Source: Somniosus microcephalus
Lineage: Eukaryota
Direction: 5' to 3'
Assembly: GCA_052327205.1 (NCBI GenBank)
Contig: CM126225.1
Span: 23,994,001 to 24,058,000 of the forward strand
DNA length: 64,000 bases
The translations under genes and the position numbers were made by a program. Below are positions 1 to 10,867 of the stretch, in pieces (the stretch's first letter is position 1; every line of letters begins with the position of its first letter). The notes under the pieces were generated by a model. It worked only from the letters and a program-made list of their open reading frames with translations. It made no database searches and was not told the origin of the DNA.

Positions 1-425
1 GGTCGCTGCGGGGTTTCCTTCTGGATTTGTCCAGTGGCACGGTGATCCCCAACATTCTGTATAACCATATCTTCATTCGATGCCCAGTTCGGGTTGGGCG
101 AGCAGGGCTGCTCCTTTGGTTCATTCTTCTGAAAAAAAACTTAAAAGGACATGCAGCCAGGTCTCTCACTGACCTGCTGACTTACGTGGAGACATGGTCG
201 GGTCCCTCGACCTCGGACCAAAATACCAACATTTGGCACACTTATGAACTTAAACTATAAACTTAAAACTACAAAACTAGTTATATCAAAACTTAAAATT
301 CACCTTAAAAGCACGCTATATTCAAACCAAAGCTATAATACAAATGCCACCCATCTCCGGCCAGGCTAATCTCTGGCACTGTCGCAGATTACTGCTGGCG
401 GCAGCGAAGCTGGACTACCTCCTGC

Positions 426-1674
426 TTAAGGTCCCTCGCAGCTTATGGCTGCTGGTTGGGGACCTCTGTTCTTTGGCTTCTCCCCGGTTCGGGAGCTTGC
501 TCTTTGTGGCAGGTACTCTGGTGACCATCTTCTCTTGGGCTTGCGGACCCGCTGAGACTTTCTGAGGGGCGTCTCTGTGGGGGAAACATTGGCTGGCAGA
601 CCCTGAGCCTGAGTCGCAGCCCTAGTTGGCTGGGAACCTTCACCCCCTGGTGCAAATAGCCCAGACTGTATAATATACCTGGCAGCCTGCCGGAACTCCG
701 GGTTTGTCTCCTTTTCCCTACCCACTCCTGTACTGGGGGCAGGTATTCCCTCACCACCCACTGCTGGTGGCTGGGAATCTTCCTCCCCATGTCCAAAACC
801 TGTTACCAGCTCCCCTGCAAGAGGAATTGCTATCCCTGCCTCCCCAGGGTCCCACATCATGGGGGGGACCACTCTAGAAGCGGGCTGGGAAGCTTGTTCC
901 TTTAAACAGGTGACTGCATCTGCGCGAATCTCCTCCCGAGTCCCTCAGCAGAGGCTGTGAAGCCTCTGTCTTCAAGCAGGCGACTGCGCCTGCGCAGGGA
1001 AACCGAAAAAGAGCCGCTGTGGTCCCACAGGCAACCGCGCCTGCGCATTCGGTTTCCTTAAAAAAGATAGGAAGAACCGCTGGGTCTTCCAAGCAGGCTA
1101 CTGCGTCTGCGCGTATAGATTGGGAAGCGGGGACCTTTAAATGGCCGACTGCGCCTGCGCGCTTGGCCTTACAGTGGACAGGAGCCGCTGGGGGTTCAAA
1201 GTTCGCGACTGCGCCTGCGCGAACCTGGTGTTGGCAAACCTCTCCCCTTAGGCGTGCGACTGCGCCTGCGCGGGAAAACTGAAGAGGAGCTGCTGGGAGT
1301 ATGGGCTGGGGAACCGCGCTTGCACGAGCAGTCTCTGTGAATGGATTGGCAGCAGCCTGCAGATTCCTAATCTCAGGTTGCTGTTTCTGTTTCTGAGCCA
1401 CATAACTTGTTCAAATTTAAACTTTGGCCAAAACTTAGTTTCCACTGGGGCAGGGAAGTGTCCTAATTTGTGGGCTGGACAACTTTTCCTGGAAACAAGC
1501 CACAGCGCCTGTCTTTACAGGCTGTGAACTTGAACTTGTCTTGTCAGATTTATACAATTTTCCCGAATTTCCCTGTGTCCCATCCCTGCCTGTAATCGCT
1601 GCCACTGGCCCAGACTCATATGGGTCCCAGAAAGTGCCTGCACGTGCACCCTCCTTGGCCTGCATACCGGCCAG
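426..1674 (-). pseudogene. Unknown ORF at the pol position, in frame after the gag TGA; AGAVA-repeat protein with integrase-tail-like LRKSQRVRKP end
   Basis: ORF pieces 1435-1665, ~1400-1445, 874-1401 and 426-872 join with about 3 single-base shifts; repeated (R/C)AGAVA motif; no pol catalytic motifs. Confidence 0.6.
910..1326. repeat. Degenerate dispersed repeat GACTGCGCCTGCGC x8 with variable spacers
   Basis: Motif starts at 912, 982, 1033, 1099, 1147, 1207, 1258, 1312 (weak copy at 1501); spacings 70,51,66,48,60,51,54. Confidence 0.85.
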
Positions 1675-3284
1675 TCATTGTGGGGAGGCAGAGGTGGGCG
1701 AGGGGGGTGCAGCACCACTGATGGCTGCCACCTTTCCCTGGTTGGTCAGGAGAGACCGCATTGCCTCCAGTAGTGACTCGACTGAGGCGGGGGAAGTTCC
1801 TGTCTCTACCCTTTGAGTTGGGGCTGCGGGGGTCCCGGCTTTATCGTCTCTCCCAGGCCTTTTACAATCCCTGCGCCAGTGGCCATCCTCCCCGCACCTG
1901 TAACAAGTGACCTTTTTCTGGGAGGGATGGCTCCCCTCCTGGCGCCACTCTTTCTTATATTGAGCCCCAGGTTTAACCTCGTGGACTTTACCCTTTTGCT
2001 GGGGGGTCTCACTATTCCTCCCGTTCCTATATGCTACCGTGAGCTGCCGGATTACAGTCTCTTCAGTTACTAGGGGTCTCGGTGGTCAAACCAAGTATCA
2101 GCTTTTACTTTTATCTGGGGTAGGCAATTGGACACCAGGCAACGAAGCCATTGGGTCCGCTGCCTCTCATTCAGGTGTGCCCTATTTTGTCCCCCTGTAC
2201 ACGCGCTGTTGTAGACTGGCCACAGCCTGTCTGCAAATGCCTGTGGGGGTCTCCTCTTCCTTCTGCAGGGTTTTCCTTACGCGATCGAACGGATTGCCGT
2301 CGTTCGCACGCATGGCTTCCAGTATTTCCTCCTTCAGGTCCTCAAAACCCTTCTGCCCTCTCTTCACCTCATCTGAAAGGGTCTGATAGAGCTTGCTATC
2401 CACAGAGAAAAGCAACATTTTGGCTTTCTCTTCATCATCACAGCCGTTAACACCGGCTGCCTGTTCTACTTGTTGGAAGTGCATTGAGGGGTCTCCCTTT
2501 TCAGAGAGCATGGGAATATGTTTCACCATGCCTCTGAACTGTTGGGTATCACAGGGTACCAGATAGGTATTTTGAACAGCCCCTGGGTTATTATCGCTCA
2601 CGGCCAGACCGTACCTCCGTTGTCGGAGGGGGTACACTGGTCCTGGTCCCGCCTGCCTAGCGGGACCTGCTGGCGTTCTCCTACCACCCCATTGTCCACC
2701 CCTTCTTGCTGACAGAGCTCCTCAAAACCCAGAGCTGTGGGCTGCTGTCTTGGGATCTCTAATTCCCTAGCCAGCCTTTCCCTGGGTGTTGCCTGTGGGG
2801 CGGTTTGATTTGGGCTGCTGGTAAAATCCAGCTGACCTGCCTTCGGGCCGATCAGGCAAATCATCCCCCTTGCTCCTTTTAAAGCCATGTTAAGGCTTTC
2901 TAACTCTGCCCTACAGGGGCCATGATCTGCTTCACTAAACCTTTGGTCGCAGGCCAGCTTATAAGTTGCTGTAACTTCTGAGATGAGGCGGACATTCTCT
3001 TCCCTCAGTCTCATCTCACTATCTCTGGCCTCAGTGACTTCCTGCATAAGGTGCTCTATCTCTGCCTGGCATTTTTCCAATTCTGGCTCCCGATTCTTGG
3101 TCTCTGTCACCTGCTCCTGCTTCCTCATCTCACCCTTCTTAACCCAGTCACCTATACTATAATAGGTCAGCTTACACACTGCCGCTAACATCTGCAGGAC
3201 TACCCACAGACTGAAAGCAAGAAAAGCAAGAGCCGATGCTTTCTCCAGATCCAGACCACTCATCATATCAAGAACTGCCTCCAT
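1675..3284 (-). pseudogene. gag: gag polyprotein (~536 aa reconstructed across 3 single-base frameshifts)
   Basis: ORFs 2598-3317 and 2182-2637 plus shifted frames give: hydrophobic N-terminus, coiled coil, capsid-like region with MHR-like QKEEETPQAFADRLW, zinc knuckle CYRCGEDGHWRRDC (1864-1905), stop TGA 1675-1677. Confidence 0.85.
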
Positions 3285-3301
3285 TCCTGCCGCGGTCGCC
3301 A
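3285..3301 (-). promoter_or_regulatory. Primer-binding site, tRNA-Arg(TCG) type
   Basis: TGGCGACCGCGGCAGGA is complementary to the 3' end (...TCCTGCCGCGGTCG-CCA) of vertebrate tRNA-Arg(TCG) as I recall it; gag ATG (3284) follows immediately. Confidence 0.85.
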
Positions 3302-3304
3302 ATT

Positions 3305-4445
3305 TGTAGGGGGGCATCTTTTTCGGGGTTTCCTTTACCTGGTTTACGGTAATTTACCTGGTCAAGCAGCTTTTTGCCACTGCACCTCTGACCAATCCCA
3401 AACAGTGGTCTCGAATCGCTAAACCCCACCTTCCAGTTCTGACTGGAGGACTTATAATTAATGATATATTAAAAACGGACAACTGGTCTGGATGTGAGAA
3501 AATCAACTTTTATTACACTAAAGAAAACTACACCACACGATTTTAGTAATCACTGTGCAATTGGTTAAATGGGGGAAGACAGATGGCAAAAACGAGGGAT
3601 AAATGGCTACAATGTTAATTAAACAATCTTAGCAATTTCCCTTAAATTACCACGCCCTTTAACTCCTTACGAGATTGCCTTGCTGAGGAGTCAGAAACCT
3701 GCTCACCTGTGGTCCAAGGAAGTAAGAGAGAGAGATAGCTTCTCAGGAGCTATCTTTATACCCTGCCAACTCCTGCTGTTTGGCGCTGAAAGGGTCTGTG
3801 TGCAAATTGGTGCCCAAAAGTTCAAATACACAAGAGAAAGGCTATGATTGGCTGATTCAGATTGGTTTGAATGTGTCTACATTCTGGGGCCAAAATGTTC
3901 CCGCCCACATCCGGAGTTTAATGGGTGATTCAAAAACCCATTCATTCCTTATCAAAGTCCTTTCCGTAGTTTTGATGTGTCCCATTATGTGTAAGTGGTG
4001 TTGAATGGGGTTGGATTTCTGTGTAAACAGAAGCCCTTTGTCTTGCGGTCAGTCTCAAGTGGTTTAATCCCTTATGTCAACATCCTGCAGTTTCTTGTAA
4101 ACAAACATTGCTTCTGTAGAGAAGGGAAACTCCCTGGTTTGATTGACAGGTCTGACTGCCACTGCTTGATCCTCCCACTTACACAGACACTTCGAGCTGC
4201 TTCTCTTGCCCTTTTTGGCCATGCTTTTCTGACGGCCATTTTCAGACCCCTCTGCAATTTACACAGTTCGAAACTCAGAGGTACCATTTTAATCTTAAAG
4301 TCCTGATGTTGTCCAAGAGTTCTGGGTATGCTTTTAAAACATTGTCCAACCCAGAGACAATTCAAATCACACAATTCTTCGTCCACGATGTGGACCAATA
4401 TTTTCCGATCTTCAGGGATTTATGGGATTTTTGCGAACCCCTACA
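3305..4445 (-). repeat. 5' LTR (1141 bp)
   Basis: Minus strand begins TGTAGGGG (4445) and ends CCCCTACA (3305), an 8-bp terminal inverted repeat. Two CCAAT boxes ~3846-3866, TATAAA 3755-3760, AATAAA 3509-3514, splice donor CAG|GTGAGC at 3706. PBS follows 3 nt after the end. Confidence 0.88.
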
Positions 4446-5055
4446 CGCCACTCCGCCATTTGCTTCACACAAATGGCATTTCGCCCTTAGCCTCCCCATT
4501 ATTTTTAAGAACTTGCTGGATTTGCACATTAATTGCCCATTAAACTCGCCACCACAAGTTAGGGCTGGTAAGTACCTTTTTAATTATATGATCATTGTAA
4601 ATGCAGAGCCAATCAACCTCAGAAATTAAATAATTTAAACTGTGGAGTCTCATTCCTTCAGGTGGTAAATTGTTCTTCGAGATTTAAAAAATGATAAATT
4701 TAAAAAAAAATTCTTACTTTCCCTTTCTGTCTTTTTTTCTCTCTCAATCAAAATCCTTTTCCCCCTCTCTTTATTTTTCTTTCTCTACCTGTTTTGACTC
4801 TAATTCACCCTATTTCCTTCTCGGTCATTCCTCTGTTTCTTTCACAATCCTTAAATCTCATTGGTGAAGGAGATAGACAGTTGGTCCCACCATTCACTGA
4901 GGCCCCAGATGCCCCGTTGCCCTCGCTGCACCGTTACCAACTCGCACTTCCAACAAGTTACGACACAAAGCCATTTTGAGCTGAAGGATGCAGAAAAAAG
5001 TCTAACTAACAGGGCACTCCACGGGATGCCCCCCTCTAGCAGGCGCCAGCCCATT
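4446..5055 (+). mobile_element. Non-autonomous DNA-transposon-like repeat (family A), truncated by the LTR element insertion
   Basis: Shares internal blocks (gtctcattcc, tttccctctctttatt, attggt.aaggagata.acag) with 5632-6329 and 25797-26496. Confidence 0.6.
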
Positions 5056-5631
5056 CTAATTCTCGTTTGGGTTTGGCTGTGTTTTTGCAGGTTTTGCCAT
5101 ATACTAAATCAAGCTGGGTCTGCCTAGATTACTGTATAACACTATAACAGAGGCTCCCAAACTTTTCCATGCTGAGCCTTCCTTTGGAGATTAATGTCCC
5201 ATTCACACCTCCCCCACTTTTTCTAAGAAGATGGCAGAGTTCAATCCGATTGGTTTCAAAAACTGTGAAAAAATTGAGAGAAGTTTAAAATGCTCACCCT
5301 GTTTTCAGCCGTGGTCTTCAAATAGCCAACTGCTTTAAGGATCTCTGCTTTCATGCAGCAACCAAGAGAGGCCACAGAAATGCCTTTCACTTTAACTGGT
5401 ATAGCCTCAGAGAGCCAGAAGAGGTGCATTATAGGGCGATATCTTAAAGGAGAACATCAGCATATTTTTAAATCTTCCTATTCAGTATGGTGCCTGCCAG
5501 TAAATATCCATCTCCTGTGGTGGCCATGACGATGAGCTGGGAACATTAAGCTATAACTTCTCCCAGTGCATTCTGGGTAATAGACAAGTATGCTTTACAG
5601 CTTTCCAAGCGCAATGTAGAAAAATACAGTC

Positions 5632-6329
5632 GGCCCAGATTTTGCAGCAAAGTAACAGTCAGGCTAATGGCACTAACCGTTATTTATGCGCAAATGGTAC
5701 AGCAAGTTCGGGCGAGGGAAAATGCACATTTAAAATCAAAAAGTTGCAGTCCGAGTTGCGCCGCTCTGGTGTTAGCTTCACGAAAACGAGATCTCACTGT
5801 CTGGCTCACCATTGACACGCATTGAATGGCGAGAAAATTGTTGTATTTGTGAGGTAGATAGAAACAGTTAATTGCTGCCAAACAACCTCTCTGGCATTGA
5901 AAATTACCTATTACCAGTGTGAAGTCTCATTCCATCAAGTTTTAATTGTTGTTAGAGATTTAAAAAATGTAAAATGTAAAATTTAATTTATTTTTACTTT
6001 TCCTTTCTGTCTTTTATTTCTCTCTCTCTTAATCCAATTTTTCTTTCCCTCTTTTTATTGCGCTTTCTGTACCTGATTTGACATTGAATTCCTCCACTTC
6101 CTTCTCAGTCCTTGCGCTGTTAATTTCACAATCTGATTGGTTAAGGAGATACACAGTTGCTTTCCCTGTTCACTCAGGTCCCTGATTCCCCGTTTCCCTC
6201 GCTGCAATGTTATCAGCTCACACTTTTAGCAGCTTGCCATGCAAAAAAATTAAAAATCTAAACATGCAAGGGGCAAGTTTAACTAACGGCAGATGCCATT
6301 AGATGATCTGCTACAGCAAATTATGGCCC
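5632..6329 (+). mobile_element. MITE-like repeat (family A)
   Basis: Imperfect TIRs GGCCCAGATTTTGC / GCAAATTATGGCCC; homologous to 4446-5055 and 25797-26496. Confidence 0.65.
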
Positions 6330-6604
6330 ATTAAAATGTTAATTTTTAATACATAACAAATACTATTTTTATTAAAAAGTTGACAGCCTGGGAGTCTTTT
6401 AAATGTCATTCATGCCATTGCAATGTTAGCACAGTGCTGCCCACCCAGTCAGTTCTACTCTAACATTAAAAAATTGGCATTTGGATGTGCACAATGCTCC
6501 GTTTTTCTTGGTCAAAGAACAATGTATAGCTAGTGGTATAACTCAGGTCCAGCAGGCCCTCACTCTAAATAGGTAATGATCTTAAAATGATACCTGTAGT
6601 ATAA

Positions 6605-6935
6605 TAAGGGGTTGGTTGTCTAGTGGTTATGGTACAGTAATAGCAACCCAGAGCACATAAATTCAAATTCCACCACGGCAAGTCATGAAAATTGAATTCA
6701 ATATATCTGGTAATTAGTGAGCTAAACTGATCATGAATGCAGCTTCATTGTCATAAAAGCCCAACTGGTTCACTAATTTCTGCAGGACTTGCCACTCCTA
6801 CCTGGTCTGGCCTACATGTGACTCCAGTCCCACACTGCATGATTGACTCTTAATGCCCTCGAGGCATTTAGAGATGAGCAAGTAATACTGCCCTGCCAGT
6901 GTTGGACATGTCCCAAGAACAAATGGAAACAAAAA
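6605..6935 (+). mobile_element. Degraded tRNA-headed SINE sharing its 3' tail with the LINE at 21985-24928
   Basis: Head tagtggtta...ttcaaattccc; tail ggcatttagagatgagcaa...gccagtg resembles the LINE 3' end; related copy at 60455-60790. Confidence 0.55.
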
Positions 6936-7316
6936 CATATTGCTCTCTAACTGACATGCACTGGGGTGTAGGTGAGTGGCCTTGGGTTTTGCCTACCTCC
7001 ATTTTTGAGAGGTGGTGCCTTACATTCGCTCAGCCTGAATTAATGATAGCTAACCAAGATTGGGAAAGCACCATGTGAGGAATTGGGGTTCAATTCCTGC
7101 ACCAACCAATCCAGGAATTTTGCATTGATATAACACCACGCCGTAACATTCGATCATTCATGTGCTGGATCTTTTTGACGTGTACTAAATTAACCAGGTA
7201 CACCATCAGTATGCAGTTCACATTCATAAACTGTTATTCTGGGTATGCCACGACTACAAAATATTATTGATTTATTGATTATGATTTCAATTGCCATAAG
7301 AAGTCCTACATTAAAA

Positions 7317-9130
7317 CATAAGAACACAGGAGTAAGCCATTCAGTTCCTCAAGCTTGTTTGACCATTCAATTAGATCATGGCTAATCTGTATCTTAATTC
7401 CATCTACCCGCCTTGGTTCTGCACCCCTTAATACCCTTGCCTAACAAAAATTTATCAATCTCAGTTTTGACATTTTCAATTGACCTCCAGCCTCAACAGC
7501 TTTTTGGGGGAGAGTGTTCCAGATTTCCACTAACCTATGTGTGAAGAAGTGCTTTCTGGCATCACCTCTGAATGGCCTGGCTCTCATTTTAAGGTTATGC
7601 CCCTTTGTTCTAGACTGCCCCACCAGTGGAAATCATTTCTCTCTAACTACCCCATTAACTCCTTTGATCATCTTAAACACCTCAATTAGGTCGCCACTTA
7701 ACCTTCTATATTCAAGGGAATACAAGCCTAGTCTATACAATCTAACCTCATAATGTATCCCTTTTAGCCCCGGTATCATTCTGGTGAATCTACACTGCAC
7801 CCTCTCCAAGGCCACTATATCTTTCCTGAGGTGCGGTGCCCAGAACGGAACACAGTGCTCCAAATGGTGTCTAACCAGAGCTCTGTACAGCTGGAACGTA
7901 ACTTCCACCCCTTTGTATTCCAGCCCTCTTGGGATAAAGGCAAACATTCCATTATCTGTCCACTAGCTTTACTGATTTCCATACTTGAAGCACTAAATCA
8001 CTCTGCTCATCCACAGTTCTTCGCTTCTCGCCATTTAGAAAATACGCTGATCTATCTTTCTTAGCTCCAAAGTGGATGACCTCACACTTTCCCACATTGA
8101 ACTCCATCTGCGACAGTTTTGCCCACTCACTTAATCTATCAATGTCCCTTTGCAACTTTCTGCTCCTGTCTACACTAGTTACTGTGCCACTAAACTTAGT
8201 GTTGTCAGCAAACTTGGATATACGGTTCCCTATTCCTTCACCCAAGTCATTTATACATAGAGTGAAAAGCTGTGGCCCCAGTACAGGTCCCTGGGGGACA
8301 CCACTAGTCACATCCTGCCAATTGGAGTACATACCCATCATCCCTACTCTCTGTCTCCTACCTCCTAACCAATTCCCTATCCAAGCCAATAGGTTGTCTC
8401 CAATTCCATGCAGTCTAATTTTTGTTAACAGTCTCTTAATTGGAACCTTGTCGAATGCCTTATCAATCCATATCAATAACGTCCACAGACACTTCCTTAT
8501 CTACCACGTTTGTTACCTCCTCAAAAAATTCAACTAAGTTCGTAAGACAGGACTTGCCCTTTACAAAACATGCTGGTTCTCTCTGATCAGCTCCTATTAT
8601 CCAAATGCTCAGTCACTCTGTCCCTAACTTCCCCACACCAGATGTTAGACTAATAGGCCTATAATTTCCGAGTTTATCTCTTCTACCCTTCTTAAATAAT
8701 GGAGTGACATTGGCAATTTTCCAATCAAAGGGGACAATTCCTGAATCGAGAGAGTTTTGGAAGATCATGACTAACTCATTAACAATTTCCTCACCTACTT
8801 CTGTTAATTCCATGGGGTGGTAACCATCAGACCCTGGAGATTTGTCTATCTTTAATCGCATTTGTTTCTCTATCACCAATTTGTTTTACTTATACCCCCT
8901 GTATTGAATCTAGTTAGTTCCTCCCTTTGATTTATTTTTAGCTTCCCTTGTATCTATGATACTTTATCCTCATCCTCTACTGTGAAGACCAATACAAAGT
9001 AAGTATTTAGTAAGTCTTCCATTTCCTAATTTCCAATTGCAATATTAGCTGCGTCTGTCATTAGTCTTAGCCATCCTTTCTCTTTTAGTGTTGTCCTTGC
9101 TATCCCTTGCATGTTTTTGCTCGTATTCCC
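7317..9130 (-). mobile_element. CR1 LINE, 3' part of ORF2 (RT) and 3' UTR, decayed
   Basis: ORF fragments with KSPGSDG, NYRPISLTS, KAFDKVP, VPQGPVLGP, KFADNTK, LRGDLIEVFK; CR1-type tail near 7317. Confidence 0.9.
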
Positions 9131-9259
9131 ATCTTGCAGTTCTAATTACTTTCTCTGTATCATAAAACTATCAAAAGCATTGGAGACAGATTTTAGTCTT
9201 TACTGTAATGGGATAGCTTACAAATTGATAAATAAAGACCCTGATCATTTCTGTGCTGC

Positions 9260-9618
9260 TGTAGGAATGGAGGTTCCTATCTGAATAATGGAGTTCGACT
9301 CAGTGAATCAAAATAACAAAGTTTAATAAACAAACAAGTTAACTGGTAAACTACAGGAGAAGGTTTACACAGGTCTGTCCAGCTTGCCCAGCCCTCCAAG
9401 ACTGCTGTAAGGTTCTGGAAGCTGATGTCATGACGTCATCACGTTCTCCGCGCCACTCGCAGTCACATGATCGGCGTCATGACGTCATCACGCAGAGTGC
9501 AAGAAAGTACATACAGTATAGTTAACAGACAGTTTAAAGGTGCAGTCCACAGCTGCACTACACTGTAGTTAAAGGGATTATTACTAATTGCCCTGAGTCT
9601 CTTGGTGGCTCCGCCACA
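9260..9618 (-). repeat. 3' LTR of a Gypsy element (359 bp)
   Basis: Minus strand TGTGGCGG...CCTACA, preceded by a G-rich PPT (9622-9629); ATTAAA ~9323; two ATGACGTCAT CRE palindromes (~9430, ~9479). Confidence 0.8.
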
Positions 9619-10525
9619 GGCGCCCCCCCAGAATTCTCTTTAACAGACAGTGTCAAACGAACAGGAGGTTTGATGATCCTGCCCGAACGACTACGAAACT
9701 CAGGCAGCAGCAGTGGAACGTTGGGAGACGAGCTGGTGCTTGGCTGTGTCTGAAGTGGCGCATCAGGCGTGGAGGAAACAGTAGTAGGAGGTGTGGGCGA
9801 GGATGAGGCAGAAGCAGGCGGTTCAATGGCGGGCTGTTGCATAACTGGTCTGGCGGTCAATGGTGGTCGTCCACGGCGAGGTGGCTGGGCAGCAACAACT
9901 GGTTCACTCCGATCTAGATGGGCTGGTTTAAGTCAGTCAATAGAGATGGTATCGGACTTGCCTCCCACTTCGACCGTGAAAATTTTTTCTCCCGATGAGA
10001 TGACACGAAACGGTCCAGCATAAGGCGGTCTGAGCGGATCTCTGTGAGCGTCCTGCCAAATAAAAACGTAATCGGAGCTCATGAATTCTGCCGGAACATG
10101 AGGCCTCTGTAGGCTGTGATGCGAGGTTGGAATAGGCAGGAAATTCTTTGCCGCCTCGTGATGCTGAAGGAGCTGCTGAGCTGGCGACCACGGTTCTGTA
10201 TGTGGAGGGAGGAAATCCCCTGGTACTCGAAGTGCTTGACCGTAGACTAACTCAGCCGATGAAGACTGGAGGTCATCTTTGGGGACTGTGTGGAGGCCTA
10301 GCATCATCCAGGGGAGTCTGTCCACCCAGTTGGGTCCACGCAAGCTGGCACGGAGGGGCGCCTTGAGAGACCGATAAGACCTCTCGCACAGGCCATTCGC
10401 CTGCGGATGGTAAGCGGTGGTATGGTGCAGCTTGGTACCCAAGCCCTGTGCAACTGCATTCCACAACTCTGACGTGAATTGTGGACCTCGGTCGGAAGAA
10501 ATGTCAGATGGCACCCCAAACCGAC
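9619..10525 (-). mobile_element. Gypsy internal fragment, integrase core and C-terminus
   Basis: SDRGPQFTS...TTAYHPQANGLCER (catalytic D..E), PPYAGPFRV (GPY/F), RSRSGRIIKPP tail; abruptly truncated upstream. Confidence 0.9.
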
Positions 10526-10867
10526 ATCTCTATGTTAAATGTTGAGTTAATCAGCAATGTTAACTGCATCTGTACACAGTATTGGCTAAAATTAATAATT
10601 TAAATTAATGGCAAATGCAAGGTTCCTATTGATTGCCACTTCACTTTGTTGGTTAGATAGAGGAAAATGCATTTTAAAATCATAGTTTGTACAATGGATT
10701 AAATGCAGAGCATAATTGCAATCAAGTGAAGTTATCAATAGAGGACTGCAATAAGCAGCAGTGAAGTGAGTTTAAGTCTTAGATCTGGAGGGGGGAGAAA
10801 GAGACTAGTGTAGAAGCACACCAACTCACCCTTGGTCACATGATAGTAAAACAAACTGCATTAGCGT

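Larger units (their letters stand above)
1..4445 (-). mobile_element. LTR retroelement (Gypsy/ERV-like), gag-containing, pol-less; 3' part runs off window
   Basis: 5' LTR 3305-4445, PBS 3285-3301, gag 3284->1675 with MHR and CCHC knuckle, non-pol second ORF 1674->426, splice acceptor at 129-130. No PR/RT/RNaseH/IN catalytic motifs seen. Confidence 0.9.

Noticed and set aside
910-1326. CRISPR-like array (conserved repeat plus variable spacers)
   Set aside because: Repeats are only ~14-16 nt and degenerate, spacers resemble each other, spacing follows codon phase, there are no cas genes, and the context is a vertebrate retroelement.
3408-3440. Alternative PBS TGGAAGGTGGGGTTTAGCGATTCG
   Set aside because: Not preceded by a CA LTR end and spacing does not fit a tRNA 3' end; the site at 3285-3301 fits much better.
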